Source: an uncultured Chloroflexota bacterium (GTDB lineage: Bacteria; Chloroflexota; Chloroflexia; Chloroflexales; Chloroflexaceae). Taken from it: a stretch of 64,000 bases of DNA. Each line of letters opens with the position of its first letter. The first letter of the stretch is position 1. Location: the NCBI GenBank assembly GCA_937120965.1, contig CAKZKA010000267.1:1556-65555 (forward strand), in the 5' to 3' direction. This document shows, piece by piece, positions 25,847-39,119 of this stretch. Both the position numbers and the translations under genes were made by a program. The notes beneath the pieces were generated by a model, which saw nothing but the letters and a program-made list of their open reading frames with translations, did not search any database and had not been told where the DNA came from.

Positions 25847-27181
25847 ATGGGCCTGAGTGAGCATATTGTGATGCGGGAACTCGACGTTCCCGAGATCAAC
25901 GACTTCGAGGTGTACCGACGCCACGGCGGTTGGGAAGCCTATCGCATGGCGCTCAAGGAGAAGAACCCCGCCGATATTGTGGCCATGGTCAAAGAGTCGG
26001 GACTGCGGGGCCGCGGCGGCGCCGGGTTTCCCACCGGCATCAAGTGGGGTTTTCTGCCCAAAGGCGTCTATCCACGCTATTTGCTCTGTAATTGTGATGA
26101 ATCGGAGCCGGGCACGTTTAATAATCATCAGATTATTGACCGTAATCCTCATCAGTTAATTGAGGGAGTGGCGCTTTCGGCCTTTGCGATTGAGTGTCAC
26201 ACTGCCTACATCTATATGCGCGGGGAGTTCGCCGCGGCGGCAATCACGCTCGAACGGGCCATCGCTGAGGCCTATCGCGCCGGCTTCCTGGGCCGGAACA
26301 TCCTGGGCACGGGCTTTGACCTCGACATCTACGTGCATCGGGGCGCGGGGGCGTACATCTGCGGCGAGGAGACGGCGCTCATGGAGTCGCTGGAGGGAAA
26401 GATCGGCCAGCCGCGCCTCAAGCCGCCCTTTCCCGCCGTGGCCGGGCTGTATGGCAAGCCGACGATTATTAACAATGTCGAGACGCTGGCCAATGTGCCC
26501 CGCATTGTCGAGAAGGGCGTGGCCTGGTACCGCAGCCACGGCACCGAGAAGAGTCCCGGCACCAAGTGCTTTTCGCTCTCCGGCCACGTCAACCGCCCCG
26601 GCAACTACGAACTGCCCTTCGGCGTGCCGCTGCGGGAGTTGATCGAAAGCCCTGAGTATGGTGGCGGGATGCGCGGCGGGCGCCCGGTGAAGATCATCAT
26701 TCCCGGCGGGGCTTCCGCCCCCTGGCTGACCCACGAGCACCTCGATGTGCCCCTCGATTACGAGAGCGTCGCCGCCGCCGGCTCAATGCTCGGTTCCGGC
26801 GCGGTGATTGTGCTCGATGATACAGTGAAGGCGCCCCACGTTGCCTATAAAATGGACGAGTTCTTCAAGCACGAGTCCTGTGGTAAGTGTACTCCCTGCC
26901 GCGAGGGCACGCACTGGCTGGTCCGGGTGCTCCACCGTATCGCCGAAGAGGGTCACGCCACGCCGGAGGATATTCCCACGTTGCACGGTATTTACAATCA
27001 GATGGCCGGGAATTGCTTCTGCCTCCTGGGTGAGAGCGCCGTGATGCCGATCAAGAGCGCCCTGACGCTCTTCCCCGAGGAGTTCGAGGCGGTCGTCGCG
27101 GCCAGCCGCCGGCTGCCGCACGGCAATGGGCAGCGCGATGGCAAATCCGGGCCGGTGATCCCCCTGTCGGCCAGGCACTGA
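25847..27181 (+). CDS. nuoF: NADH-quinone oxidoreductase subunit F
   Basis: GLRGRGGAGFPTGIKW (FMN site), CNCDESEPGTF, HRGAGAYICGEETALMESLEG, ESCGKCTPCREG (N3 cluster). Confidence 0.9.
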   Translation: MGLSEHIVMRELDVPEINDFEVYRRHGGWEAYRMALKEKNPADIVAMVKESGLRGRGGAGFPTGIKWGFLPKGVYPRYLLCNCDESEPGTFNNHQIIDRNPHQLIEGVALSAFAIECHTAYIYMRGEFAAAAITLERAIAEAYRAGFLGRNILGTGFDLDIYVHRGAGAYICGEETALMESLEGKIGQPRLKPPFPAVAGLYGKPTIINNVETLANVPRIVEKGVAWYRSHGTEKSPGTKCFSLSGHVNRPGNYELPFGVPLRELIESPEYGGGMRGGRPVKIIIPGGASAPWLTHEHLDVPLDYESVAAAGSMLGSGAVIVLDDTVKAPHVAYKMDEFFKHESCGKCTPCREGTHWLVRVLHRIAEEGHATPEDIPTLHGIYNQMAGNCFCLLGESAVMPIKSALTLFPEEFEAVVAASRRLPHGNGQRDGKSGPVIPLSARH

Positions 27182-27290
27182 GGCTGGTCTGATGGGCGCA
27201 TGGGGAAACCGGTTTTCCCCATCCCCCTGCCTGCCGGGGAGGGTTTGCGATGGCGCAGCCCTCCCGGCAACCAACCTGTGTTCTGGCAGG
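27179..27290 (+). repeat. Palindrome (1 indel) and degenerate H unit in the nuoF-nuoG spacer
   Basis: GGGGAAACCGGTTTTCCCC (27202-27220), then GGGGAGGGTTTGCGATGGCGCAGCCCTCCCGGCAACCAACC. Confidence 0.75.
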
Positions 27291-27378
27291 GTGCGGCGCG
27301 GCCGTATGGGCGTCTGGCATGCGGATCGGGTCGGTGGTTACTCGTCACTGGATAGAGCGCTCTGGGAAGCGAGCAGAT

Positions 27379-30084
27379 ATGGCGGATGTAACGATTACAG
27401 TTGATGGGGTGACCCTCAAGGTCCCCGCCGGAACGAATGTGGTTGATGCGGCGCGTATGGCGCAGATCGCCATTCCGGTCTTTTGTTACCACCCGCGGAT
27501 GAAGCCGGTGGGGATGTGCCGGATGTGCCTGGTGCAGATCGGCACGCCGAAGCTCGACCCTGCCACCCGCCAGCCCCTCCTCGATGATGCCGGCAAACCG
27601 GTAATTGCGATGCTGCCGAAGTTGCAGACCGGCTGCACCACCCCGGTGAGTGAGGGCATGGTGATCAACACGCAGAGCCCCGAGGTCAAGTTCGCTCAGC
27701 GGGGCGTGCTGGAGTTTCTGCTGACCTCGCACCCGCTCGATTGCCCGGTCTGCGATAAGGGCGGCGAGTGCCCCTTGCAGAATCTGACCATGGCATGGGG
27801 GCCGGCTACCAGCCGTTTCGACTACACCGACAAGGTCCATTTCGAGAAGCCGGTACCGCTGGGTGACCTGATCCTGCTCGATCGCGAGCGCTGTATCCTC
27901 TGCTCGCGCTGCGTGCGCTTCCAGGATGAGCTGGCCGATGATCCGGTTCTTGGCTTTGACCACCGCGGGCGCAACTGGATGATCATCTCGCGGAGCGATC
28001 CGCCCTTCGATAGCAAGTTTTCCGGCAACACGACCGATATCTGCCCGGTTGGAGCGCTGACCAGCAGCGATTTCCGCTTCCGCGCCCGCGTCTGGGAACT
28101 GCGGCCCGTTCCGGCGGTGTGTACGTTTTGCCCGGTGGGCTGCAATATGACCCTGGATATGCGTCACGAGCGCCTGATGCGCGTGATGCCCCGCGAGAAC
28201 GCCGCGGTTAACGATATCTGGCTCTGCGACAAGGGTCGCTACGGCCATCGCTTCTTCGAGCACGAGAGTCGCCTGACGACGCCGCTGATCCGCCGGGGTG
28301 AGCACCTGGTCGAGGCGAGTTGGGAGGAGGCCCTGGGTCTGGTGGCCGAGCAGCTCGAGGCGGTGCGGCGCGCCCGCGGCGGCGCGGCCATCGCCGGGTT
28401 GGCTGCGCCGCGCCTGAGTAACGAAGATCTGTATCTGTTCCAGAAGCTCTTCCGCGAGCACCTGGAGAGCAACAACCTTGACCATCTGCCCGGCGCTCCC
28501 GGCGAACCGGCCCACGACGACCTGGGGGCGCTGCTGGGCGTGGGGCGCGACGCAAACCTGATGGATCTGGGCGCGGGCGATGTGGCGCTGGTTCTGGGCG
28601 CCGATCCCGAGGAGGAGGCGCCGCTCTACGTGCTGCGGCTGCGCAGCGCGGTGCAGCAGGGAGCGCACCTGATTGTGGCCAACCTGCGCCCCACTAAACT
28701 GGAGCGTTCGGCCACCCTCGCTGCCCGCTACCTCCCCGGCGGGGAGCTGGCGTTCCTCCACGGTCTGCTGCGCGAGTTGCTCGCCACGGGCGGCGGCCGG
28801 GTAACAGTCAAGAGCAACGGGTTCGATGAGCTGAAGCGCGTGCTCAACGACACCACCGCCGAGCAGATCGCCGAACGCTCGGGTGTGGCCGTCGAAACCA
28901 TTGGCGCCGCTGCCCGTGCCATCGGCGAGGCCAGACGCCTGGTGATCATCTACGGCGCCGAGGCGCGCAGCGCCGGGCCGGCGCTGGTCGAGGCCCTGGG
29001 CGCGCTGCTGGCGCTGAGCGGGAAGGCCGGGCAGAGCCACAGCGGCCTGATCGCCCTGCTGCCCGGCGGCAATAGCCGTGGCGCCCTCGATATGGGCGTG
29101 CGCCCCGACGCCCGCCCCGGCTACGCGCCCCTGGCCCGCCCCGGTCTCGGCGCTCGCGATCTCTGGCCGGCAATGCGCGATGGGCGAGTGCGCGCGGTGT
29201 GGATCGCCGGGCTGGACCCCGCCGCCAGCCTGCCGGCGGCGCGCGCGGCCCTGGCCGAAGCTGAGCTGGTGGTGGTGCAGGATCTCTTCCTCACCGCCAC
29301 TGCGCGCCTGGCCCACGTGGTGCTCCCTGCCGCCAGCGTGGCCGAACGCGAGGGCACCTACACCACCGCCGAGCGGCGGGTGCAACGCTCGCGGCAGGCC
29401 CGTGGCCCCGTGGGCCATAGCCGGCCCGACTGGCAGATCTTCGCCGAGGTGGGCCGCGCCCTGAGCGCCCGCGCCGGCGAAGCGCCAGCTCGTGGCACTG
29501 CCTCCAGCGACGCCTGGAACTACCTGAGCGCCGCCGAGGTGGCCGCCGAGATCGCCGAGCGCGTGCCCGGTTACGCCGGCGTGACCTACAGCGCCCTGGC
29601 CGCCACCGGCAAACCCGGCGCCTGGGGCCGCCAGGCCAACGAGGCGATTTTCTATGACGGCACCAATTACGAGAATACCGAAGGTGTCGGGATCAAGCTG
29701 CCCGCGCCAATCGAAACCGGCGCCGTCAGCGTCAATCTGGTGCCCCGTCCCATCCCGGCCCCTGCCGACGATCGCCCGCTCCTCCTCTTGAGCCAGCCTC
29801 TGGCCTACGGCGGCGACCCGCTCCTGCGCGGCTCGAAACTGGAGCAGCATATCCCGGCCCCTTACGTCGCGCTGAACGTGACCGACGCCGACCGGCGCAA
29901 TATCCACTTCGGCGACCTGGTGCGGCTCGACTCCGCCGCCGGCTCACTTACCCTGCCGGCCCGCGTGGTTGCCGACGTGCCGCCCGGCGTGGTCCTCGTT
30001 CCGTCCGATCTGCCGGGCGTGGAACTGGCCGCAGTCCAGACAGGCCCACGCACCCGTGTTCACCTGGTGAAGCTGGTGGTGTAG
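27379..30084 (+). CDS. nuoG: NADH-quinone oxidoreductase subunit G
   Basis: MADVTITVDGVTLKVPAGTNV, CYHPRMKPVGMCRMCLV, HPLDCPVCDKGGECPLQ, CILCSRCVRF, followed by a molybdopterin-oxidoreductase-like domain. Confidence 0.9.
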   Translation: MADVTITVDGVTLKVPAGTNVVDAARMAQIAIPVFCYHPRMKPVGMCRMCLVQIGTPKLDPATRQPLLDDAGKPVIAMLPKLQTGCTTPVSEGMVINTQSPEVKFAQRGVLEFLLTSHPLDCPVCDKGGECPLQNLTMAWGPATSRFDYTDKVHFEKPVPLGDLILLDRERCILCSRCVRFQDELADDPVLGFDHRGRNWMIISRSDPPFDSKFSGNTTDICPVGALTSSDFRFRARVWELRPVPAVCTFCPVGCNMTLDMRHERLMRVMPRENAAVNDIWLCDKGRYGHRFFEHESRLTTPLIRRGEHLVEASWEEALGLVAEQLEAVRRARGGAAIAGLAAPRLSNEDLYLFQKLFREHLESNNLDHLPGAPGEPAHDDLGALLGVGRDANLMDLGAGDVALVLGADPEEEAPLYVLRLRSAVQQGAHLIVANLRPTKLERSATLAARYLPGGELAFLHGLLRELLATGGGRVTVKSNGFDELKRVLNDTTAEQIAERSGVAVETIGAAARAIGEARRLVIIYGAEARSAGPALVEALGALLALSGKAGQSHSGLIALLPGGNSRGALDMGVRPDARPGYAPLARPGLGARDLWPAMRDGRVRAVWIAGLDPAASLPAARAALAEAELVVVQDLFLTATARLAHVVLPAASVAEREGTYTTAERRVQRSRQARGPVGHSRPDWQIFAEVGRALSARAGEAPARGTASSDAWNYLSAAEVAAEIAERVPGYAGVTYSALAATGKPGAWGRQANEAIFYDGTNYENTEGVGIKLPAPIETGAVSVNLVPRPIPAPADDRPLLLLSQPLAYGGDPLLRGSKLEQHIPAPYVALNVTDADRRNIHFGDLVRLDSAAGSLTLPARVVADVPPGVVLVPSDLPGVELAAVQTGPRTRVHLVKLVV

Positions 30085-30145
30085 GGGCGCGGAACGCGCA
30101 GCAACGGGCTTGTGGCCCGCGGTTCCCGCCCCCTCAGAGGTGCGC

Positions 30146-31444
30146 ATGAACTGGCTCAACATCCTCATTCTGGTCGTACAGGCCTTCATCATCACCCTGG
30201 CCGTGACGACCGCCTTTGCCTACCTGACGCTCTTCGAGCGGCGCCTGCTTGCCCGCTTTCAGAACCGCGTCGGGCCGAACCGGGCCGGGCCGGGGGGCTT
30301 CTTGCAGCCGGTCGCTGACGCGGTCAAGCTCTTCTTCAAAGAAGATATCGTTCCCGCAGCCGCGGATAAGCCGGTCTACCTGCTGGCGCCAGCGCTCGCC
30401 GTGATCCCCGCGATTATCATCTGGGCGGTGATCCCCTTCGGGTGCCTCAATGTGAACTGGGACTACCGCGCCTGCTTCGCCGACCCGCGAACCAGCGAGG
30501 TGCGTAACATACTCCAGATCGCCGAGATCAACGTCGGCGTGCTCTACCTGTTCGCAGTGACCGGCATCGGTGTCTATGGCATTACCCTGGCCGGGTGGGC
30601 CAGCAACAACAAGTACTCGATGCTCGGCGGCATCCGCTCGTCGGCCCAGTTGATCAGCTACGAACTGGCGCTCAGTTGCGCCGTGCTGGGCGTGGTGATG
30701 ACCTACAGCACCCTGAGCACCGCCGAGATCGTCTACCTGCAAGGGGGGCTGTGGGGCATCGTGCCCCAATTCCTCGGCTTCGTGCTGTTTATGGTCGCCT
30801 CGACCGCCGAGGTGGTGCGCGCACCCTTCGACCTGGTCGAAGCCGAACAGGAACTGGTGGGCGGCTACAACACCGAGTATGGCTCGATGAAGTTCGCCCT
30901 CTTCTTTATGACCGAGTATATCAAGCTGATCGCCATCAGCGCCATTGCCGTAACCTTCTTCTTCGGCGGCTGGCGCTTCCCCGGTCTCCAGACCCTGGGG
31001 CAGGGCATAGAGGCGCTGGCCGGCCCGGTCGTGGCAAGCCTGGTCGTCGGGCTGGTCTCGCTGGGCGCGTTTTTGCTCAAGCTGGTGGCCTTTCTGTTCG
31101 TCTCGGTCTGGATCCGCGCCTCGTGGCCGCGCCTGCGCTACGACCGGCTGATGACCCTGGGCTGGAAGTGGCTGCTGCCCCTGGGGCTGCTCAATCTGGT
31201 CTATACAGCAGTGACCTTCGTCATCGTTCCCGATCAGCGCCTGGCCTCGTTCATCCTGCTGGCCCTGAGCCTGATCACCCTCGCCGTCGCGATTGGGTTC
31301 AGCTCGGTTCCGCGGCCAGTGGACAACGTGACCTATGTGAAGGATCTGCGCCAGGGCAGCGTGGCGCCGCCTCCCCCAGCCGAAGCCGGCGAGAGCCAGG
31401 CGGCGTCAACCAGCCCGCGTCAGCCGGCCAGTTCGCGGGGCTGA
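30146..31444 (+). CDS. nuoH: NADH-quinone oxidoreductase subunit H
   Basis: [41 protein letters not shown]. Multi-pass membrane protein with a hydrophilic C-terminal tail. Confidence 0.9.
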   Translation: MNWLNILILVVQAFIITLAVTTAFAYLTLFERRLLARFQNRVGPNRAGPGGFLQPVADAVKLFFKEDIVPAAADKPVYLLAPALAVIPAIIIWAVIPFGCLNVNWDYRACFADPRTSEVRNILQIAEINVGVLYLFAVTGIGVYGITLAGWASNNKYSMLGGIRSSAQLISYELALSCAVLGVVMTYSTLSTAEIVYLQGGLWGIVPQFLGFVLFMVASTAEVVRAPFDLVEAEQELVGGYNTEYGSMKFALFFMTEYIKLIAISAIAVTFFFGGWRFPGLQTLGQGIEALAGPVVASLVVGLVSLGAFLLKLVAFLFVSVWIRASWPRLRYDRLMTLGWKWLLPLGLLNLVYTAVTFVIVPDQRLASFILLALSLITLAVAIGFSSVPRPVDNVTYVKDLRQGSVAPPPPAEAGESQAASTSPRQPASSRG

Positions 31445-31492
31445 GGCAAGGTTCAATGTTTTCCCGACAGGTGACTGCGAGAGGAGCACCAA

Positions 31493-31990
31493 ATGCTCGG
31501 AGAGCTATTCAAAGGTCTTGGCACCACCCTGCGTTACATCTTCAAGCCGCCGGTGACGGTGCAGTACCCGGAGGTCAAGCGGCCGGTGCGCGAACGCTTC
31601 CGCGGGCGCCACGAACTCAAGCGCTTTGCCGATGGCACGGAGCGCTGCATCGGCTGCTCGCTGTGCGCCGCGGCCTGCCCGGCTGACGCCATCCTGGTCG
31701 TGCCCGCCGAAAACGACCCGGACAACCCTGTCTCCCACGGCGAACGCTACGCCGCTGTCTATGAGATCAACATGCTGCGCTGCATCTTCTGCGGCTACTG
31801 TGAGGACGCCTGCCCCACCAATGCGATTGTGCTGGAGCACCAGTACGAACTGTCATTCTATGACCGGCGCGCGTCCATTTACACCAAGGAGATGTTGCTG
31901 GTGCCCCCCGACAGGGGCCACGGTGATCCGCCGCCCATCTTGCGCGAACTGCAACGTCGGCCCAGCCCGCCCGCGCAGATCGATCTGTAA
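31493..31990 (+). CDS. nuoI: NADH-quinone oxidoreductase subunit I
   Basis: Two 4Fe-4S ferredoxin motifs, [12 protein letters not shown] and [12 protein letters not shown]. Confidence 0.9.
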   Translation: MLGELFKGLGTTLRYIFKPPVTVQYPEVKRPVRERFRGRHELKRFADGTERCIGCSLCAAACPADAILVVPAENDPDNPVSHGERYAAVYEINMLRCIFCGYCEDACPTNAIVLEHQYELSFYDRRASIYTKEMLLVPPDRGHGDPPPILRELQRRPSPPAQIDL

Positions 31991-32131
31991 GTAGCAAGCA
32001 CTCCACAGCGCCACAGCTCGACCCCTCTACCCGAGCGGCTTCTGTGGCGCTGAACGCCAGATTGTCACGCGGGTTCGAACCTTCCCCGGGGGAAGCATTG
32101 AGAGCCATTGAGGAGAGAGACGAGGAAGCGC

Positions 32132-32668
<537 letters not shown>

Positions 32669-32870
32669 GCGCGCCGGCCGCACCTTTCGGCACGTTAACG
32701 GTTCGGGCAAGCGCAAACAGGTCCGGGGTTCATCTTGTGGCCCGCGCACCCGGGTTGCCCCCGAAGGGCTGCGCGCCGCAGGGTTCTCCGAGAAGAGCTG
32801 GCTGGCGCCCTGCGCCCCTCCCGACCACAGCGTTCACTGCACCGGAAGGACCACAACGGAGACCATACTC

Positions 32871-33173
32871 ATGGTGCCTACCAGTTACTACATCATGCTC
32901 AGCGCGGCGCTGTTCGCCATCGGGGTGCTTGGCGTGCTGATCCGGCGCAACGCGCTCGTCGTCTTTATGTCGGTCGAGTTGATGCTCAACGCGGCCAATC
33001 TGGTCCTGGTGGCCTTTGCCCGCGAACGGCTGAGCATTGACGGGCAGGTGCTGGTGTTTTTCGTGATCACCGTGGCTGCCGCCGAGGTTGCCGTGGGGTT
33101 GGCGCTGCTGGTGGCGATCTTCCGCACCAAGCATACCGCCGATGTTGACGAGGTCAGTACGCTCAGGGGCTGA
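32871..33173 (+). CDS. nuoK: NADH-quinone oxidoreductase subunit K
   Basis: 100 aa, three TM helices, [11 protein letters not shown] and [13 protein letters not shown] motifs. Confidence 0.9.
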   Translation: MVPTSYYIMLSAALFAIGVLGVLIRRNALVVFMSVELMLNAANLVLVAFARERLSIDGQVLVFFVITVAAAEVAVGLALLVAIFRTKHTADVDEVSTLRG

Positions 33174-33193
33174 GCGCGGAAGATCCGAGGTAC

Positions 33194-35127
<1,934 letters not shown>

Positions 35128-35131
<4 letters not shown>

Positions 35132-35625
35132 GGTGAACATAGCCCGCCCGCGGGAGGGTTTGGGAGGGCAAAGCCCTCCCAGGAAACAACCCGCCAGCGG
35201 GGAGGGTTTGGGAGGGCGAAGCCCTTCAACGGGTTTCACCTGCTCCGGGATAGGCTTCCTGGGACGCAGAGGGGAGATGGGCCAACGAATGGGAAACGAA
35301 TAAACGAATGCGAGCGGCGTGTCTGACTCTGAGGTGAACATAGCCCACCCACGGGAGGGTTTGGGAGGGCGAATTCCTCCCAGGAACCAACCCGCCAGCG
35401 GGGAAGGTTTGGGAGGGCGAATTCCTCCCAGGAACCAACCCGCCAGCGGGGAAGGTTTGGGAGGGCGAAGCCCTCCCAAGAACAATACTATGTTCATTCT
35501 GGCGTTGTGCGGCACAGCCGCATGGACGGATGATGTGAACATACGGGGAAACCGGGTTTCCCCACCTGCGGTGAGCCTGTCGAACCGCACCCCTGCCAGT
35601 GGGGAGGGTTTGCGAGGGCGCAGTC
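35128..35625 (+). repeat. About 500 bp of repeats filling the nuoL-nuoM spacer
   Basis: Two CTGAGGTGAACATAGCCC heads (35128, 35329). Five H units, two with a GAATTC loop. ACGAAT-rich module at 35282-35313. GGCGTTGTGCGGCACAGCCGCATGG module. Perfect palindrome at 35545-35563. CTGCGGTGAGCCTGTCGAACCGC module. One degenerate H unit. Confidence 0.9.
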
Positions 35626-35686
35626 CGGCCCGTAAACCCCTCTCGTCACGACTGACCGACGGCGTGCCGTTACAAGAGGTTGCTCT

Positions 35687-37240
35687 ATGGAGACCCTGCC
35701 CATCCTCTCTCTGATCCTGTGGCTGCCCACGCTGGGCGCCCTCGGTCTATTGCTGGCGCCGCGCGACAACGCCGAACTGGCGCGCCGGATGGCCCTGATC
35801 GTCGCCCTGCTAACCTTCGTGGTCTCGCTGGCATTACCTTTCGGCTACCGCGCCACGCCCGGCGACGCCTCCACCATGCGCTTCGTTGAGAACCTGCCCT
35901 GGTTGCCGATGTTCGGCGCCAGTTACAGCCTGGGGGTTGACGGCGTAAGCCTGTGGCTGGTACTGTTAACCACCTTTCTGCTGCCGATCGTGATTCTGTC
36001 AACCTGGGACTCGGTGCATACCCAGGTGCGGAACTTCCAGATCCTCATGCTGCTGCTCGCCACAGCGATGATCGGCGTATTCATCAGCCTGGATCTCCTG
36101 CTGTTCTACATCTTCTGGGAGTTCACGCTGATCCCCATGACCCTGCTGATTGGCATCTGGGGTGGAAGCAACCGCATCTACGCCGCGCGCAAGTTCTTTC
36201 TCTACACCTTCTCCGGCTCAGTGTTGATGCTGGTAGCGATCATCGGGCTGTACGTGCTGCACCGCGACGCCCTTGCCATCGGCCAGCCCGGTTACACCGG
36301 CACATTCAACTTCACCACCATCCTGGCAAACCTGCGCGGCGGCGCCTTGCAACTGGATGCCACCATCGAGCGGTTGCTCTTCGGGGCCTTCTTCCTGGCC
36401 TTCGCGATCAAGGTGCCCCTCTGGCCCTTCCACACCTGGCTCCCCGACGCCCACGTTGAAGCGCCGACAGCCGGCTCGGTCATCCTGGCGGGCGTGCTGC
36501 TGAAACTGGGCAGCTACGGCCTGATCCGCTTCAACCTGACGCTCTTCCCCGAGGCCTCGCGCTGGGCAGCGCCCGCCATCGCCATTCTGGCGGTGATCGG
36601 TATCATCTACGGCGCGATAGTCGCCTTCGCCCAGAGCGATATGAAGAAACTGGTGGCCTACTCCTCCGTCAGCCACATGGGGTTCATCGTGCTGGGGATC
36701 TTCGCCCTCAACCACGAAGGCGTCAGCGGGGCCATCTTGCAGAGCATCAACCACGGCCTCTCGACCGGCGCGCTATTTCTGATCGTCGGCGTGCTCTACG
36801 AACGGCGACACACCCGCGAGATGGCCGAGTACGGCGGCATCTGGAAAGTTATGCCGGTCTACGGCGGCATTACCCTGCTCGTGACCCTCTCCTCAGCGGG
36901 ACTGCCGGGCCTCAACGGTTTCATCGGCGAGTATACGATCATGCAAGGCGCCTTCCTGGCGCCCGAATTGAGCTGGCCCTTCCTGGGCTTCGCCGTGCTG
37001 GGCGTGGTGCTGGCCGCGGTCTACCTGCTGCGGATGTACCAGACCGTGTTTATGGGCGACCTGCGCAACCCTGAGAACCAGGACCTGAACGACCTGAACC
37101 CGCGCGAACTGACGACCCTGGCAGCCCTGTGCCTGCCGATCATCGCGCTGGGGCTATACCCGGCTTTTGCCTTCGAGCCAATGCAGGCCAGCGTCGGTGA
37201 GGTGCTCACCGGGATCGCGACCGCGGTGGCCGGTCGGTAG
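35687..37240 (+). CDS. nuoM: NADH-quinone oxidoreductase subunit M
   Basis: Antiporter-like subunit with FYIFWEFTLIPM and AIKVPLWPFHTWLPDAHVEAPTAGSVILAG. Confidence 0.9.
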   Translation: METLPILSLILWLPTLGALGLLLAPRDNAELARRMALIVALLTFVVSLALPFGYRATPGDASTMRFVENLPWLPMFGASYSLGVDGVSLWLVLLTTFLLPIVILSTWDSVHTQVRNFQILMLLLATAMIGVFISLDLLLFYIFWEFTLIPMTLLIGIWGGSNRIYAARKFFLYTFSGSVLMLVAIIGLYVLHRDALAIGQPGYTGTFNFTTILANLRGGALQLDATIERLLFGAFFLAFAIKVPLWPFHTWLPDAHVEAPTAGSVILAGVLLKLGSYGLIRFNLTLFPEASRWAAPAIAILAVIGIIYGAIVAFAQSDMKKLVAYSSVSHMGFIVLGIFALNHEGVSGAILQSINHGLSTGALFLIVGVLYERRHTREMAEYGGIWKVMPVYGGITLLVTLSSAGLPGLNGFIGEYTIMQGAFLAPELSWPFLGFAVLGVVLAAVYLLRMYQTVFMGDLRNPENQDLNDLNPRELTTLAALCLPIIALGLYPAFAFEPMQASVGEVLTGIATAVAGR

Positions 37241-37261
37241 GCACATCACCAGTGGCGAGGT

Positions 37262-37356
37262 CGTTCCCGGAAGGGCTGCGCCCTCCCACACCCTCTCCTC
37301 GGGGAGGGGTGCGGTTCGACAGGCTCACCGCAGGTGGGGAAACCCGGTTTTCCCAT
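37262..37356 (-). repeat. H-like hairpin, GCGGTTCGACAGGCTCACCGCAGGT module and palindrome in the nuoM-nuoN spacer
   Basis: GGAAGGGCTGCGCCCTCCC...GTGCGGTTCGACAGGCTCACCGCAGGTGGGGAAACCCGGTTTTCCC (palindrome at 37336-37354). Confidence 0.8.
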
Positions 37357-37371
37357 CTTTTCAGATCAGAA

Positions 37372-37482
37372 TACCATTGCGACCATCTACGATTTTAGAT
37401 TTTGGATTGTGGATTGCCACGCTGGGCAGCGCAACGCCTGAAACCGCTTCAAGCAATGCGGTATCATCAACGGTAATTGATA
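37372..37482 (+). mobile_element. Degenerate MITE copy, subfamily A (111 bp), between nuoM and nuoN
   Basis: TACCATTGCG...GATTTTAGATTTTGGATTGTGGATTGCCACGCTGGGCAGC...GGTAATTGATA. The ends are mutated and no TSD is recognisable. It ends 20 nt before the nuoN ATG. Confidence 0.65.
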
Positions 37483-37502
37483 TCACACAGGGAACTGAGC
37501 GT

Positions 37503-38966
37503 ATGGAGAGTCTACAGATCCCCCCGGTTGACCTGCGCCTGCTGACGCCCCTGTTGATCGTCGTTGGCTGGGCCGGGGCCTTGCTGCTGATTGATGTCTT
37601 CTTCGTTCCCGACGGGCGCAAGAAGATCACCGGCTACCTGGCAATTGCCGGCCTGGCCGTTGCGGGGCTGGCCGGCATCCCGCTGTGGAACCTGAGCGGC
37701 AGCACCTTCTCGGGCATGCTGGTGCTCGACCGCTACAGCCTGGCGCTGACCTGGATCTTCCTCATCGCCGGGGCGTTGAGCATCGCCGTAGCCCTGGACT
37801 ACCTGCCGCGGCACGCCATCGAGCAGGGGGAATACTACCCGCTGATCATGTTCGCCGTAGGGGGCATGATCCTGATGGCCCAGAGCGCCGACCTGATCAC
37901 CCTCTTTCTGGGCATCGAATTGCTATCAATCACCCTGTACATCCTGACCGGCTTCGCCTACCCGCGGGTAGCCTCGGAAGAGGCGGGGATGAAGTACCTG
38001 GTGCTGGGGGCCTTTGCCGCAGGGTTCTTTGTGTACGGCATCGCGCTGATCTTTGGCGCTACCGGCGCCACCAGCCTGGCCGGAATCGCCGCGTACCTGG
38101 GCCGGCAACCCTTCGCGCCGCAGGAAGAAACCCTCTTCCTGGCCGGCGCAAGCCTGGTGTTGATCGGCTTCAGCTTCAAAATCGCCCTGGTGCCCTTCCA
38201 CATGTGGACACCCGATGTCTACGAAGGCTCGCCGACGCCGGTGGCAGCGTTCATGAGCGTCGGCACCAAAGGCGCCGCCCTGGCGGCGCTCCTGCGGGTC
38301 ACACTGGCTCTGGAAGAGGCGCAGACCTTCTGGCTGCCGATCCTGGCAGTGCTGGCGGCGGCGACGATGATCCTCGGCAACCTGGGGGCGCTGGGGCAGA
38401 GCAACCTGAAACGCATGCTGGCCTACTCCAGCATCGGTCACGCCGGCTACATCCTGCTGGGGATCATGGTCGCGGCGGAGCGGGGGGCGGAGGCGTTCCT
38501 GTTCTACATCCTGGCGTACACCCTCACCAATCTGGGCGCCTTCGGTGTGCTGATCGCCCTGGAGCAGCGGGGCGAGGCGGCCTGGAGCATTGACGACTTC
38601 GCGGGACTGTACCAGCGCCGGCCCCTGCTGGCGGTGGCGATGGCCCTGTTTATGTTCTCCCTGGCCGGTGTGCCGCCCACCGCCGGCTTTATGGGCAAGT
38701 TCTTCATCTTCACCGCGGCCTACGCCGGAGGTCTGGGCTGGCTCGTGCTCATCGGCGTGCTGACCAGCGCCATCGCCGCCTACTACTACCTGCGCGTGGT
38801 GGTGAAAATGTTCATGCAAGAGCCGGTGCGCGAGGTGCGCCCGGAACTCACCCGCGGACTGAACACCGAGATCCTCATCGCCGGAGTCGCTACCCTGATC
38901 CTGGGCCTGTTGCCCACCCCGATTGTGCTGCTCGTGGAGCGCTCGCTGGTGGCGCTGGGGGGCTAG
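37503..38966 (+). CDS. nuoN: NADH-quinone oxidoreductase subunit N
   Basis: ATG at 37503 (MESLQIPPVDLRLL). FKIALVPFHMWTPDVYEGSPTPVAAF. The track ORF start at 37167 lies in nuoM and repeats. Confidence 0.9.
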   Translation: MESLQIPPVDLRLLTPLLIVVGWAGALLLIDVFFVPDGRKKITGYLAIAGLAVAGLAGIPLWNLSGSTFSGMLVLDRYSLALTWIFLIAGALSIAVALDYLPRHAIEQGEYYPLIMFAVGGMILMAQSADLITLFLGIELLSITLYILTGFAYPRVASEEAGMKYLVLGAFAAGFFVYGIALIFGATGATSLAGIAAYLGRQPFAPQEETLFLAGASLVLIGFSFKIALVPFHMWTPDVYEGSPTPVAAFMSVGTKGAALAALLRVTLALEEAQTFWLPILAVLAAATMILGNLGALGQSNLKRMLAYSSIGHAGYILLGIMVAAERGAEAFLFYILAYTLTNLGAFGVLIALEQRGEAAWSIDDFAGLYQRRPLLAVAMALFMFSLAGVPPTAGFMGKFFIFTAAYAGGLGWLVLIGVLTSAIAAYYYLRVVVKMFMQEPVREVRPELTRGLNTEILIAGVATLILGLLPTPIVLLVERSLVALGG

Positions 38967-39119
38967 GGGCGTGGAGGTGTGGAGGTGCTGGAGGTTGTCG
39001 CTTCTTTACCGAAAGTTTACAGCCGGCTTAATATTTTTTGATGCAACTACCCTACAATTGACTCACTCAGCAGATGGGCAGGGATTTTGCGTCAGATTCC
39101 AGGCGTGCGCGCGTGGTGG

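Noticed and set aside
26998-29907. Very long ORFs antisense to well-supported genes: 969 aa opposite nuoG, 39176..41143 opposite the prpE-like gene, 41119..42624 opposite acs, 10877..12073, 55973..57070, 53361..54491, 4096..4908 and 5074..6075.
   Set aside because: These are typical stop-codon-poor antisense frames of GC-rich DNA. Their products are Arg/Ala/Gly/Pro-rich low-complexity sequences with no recognisable motifs. The sense-strand genes have unambiguous family signatures.
38970-38998. Short GGAGGTG triplet (GTGGAGGTGTGGAGGTGCTGGAGGT) after nuoN as a possible regulatory repeat.
   Set aside because: It is only about 27 nt. Similar strings elsewhere (10796-10835) fall partly in coding sequence. 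The evidence is insufficient.
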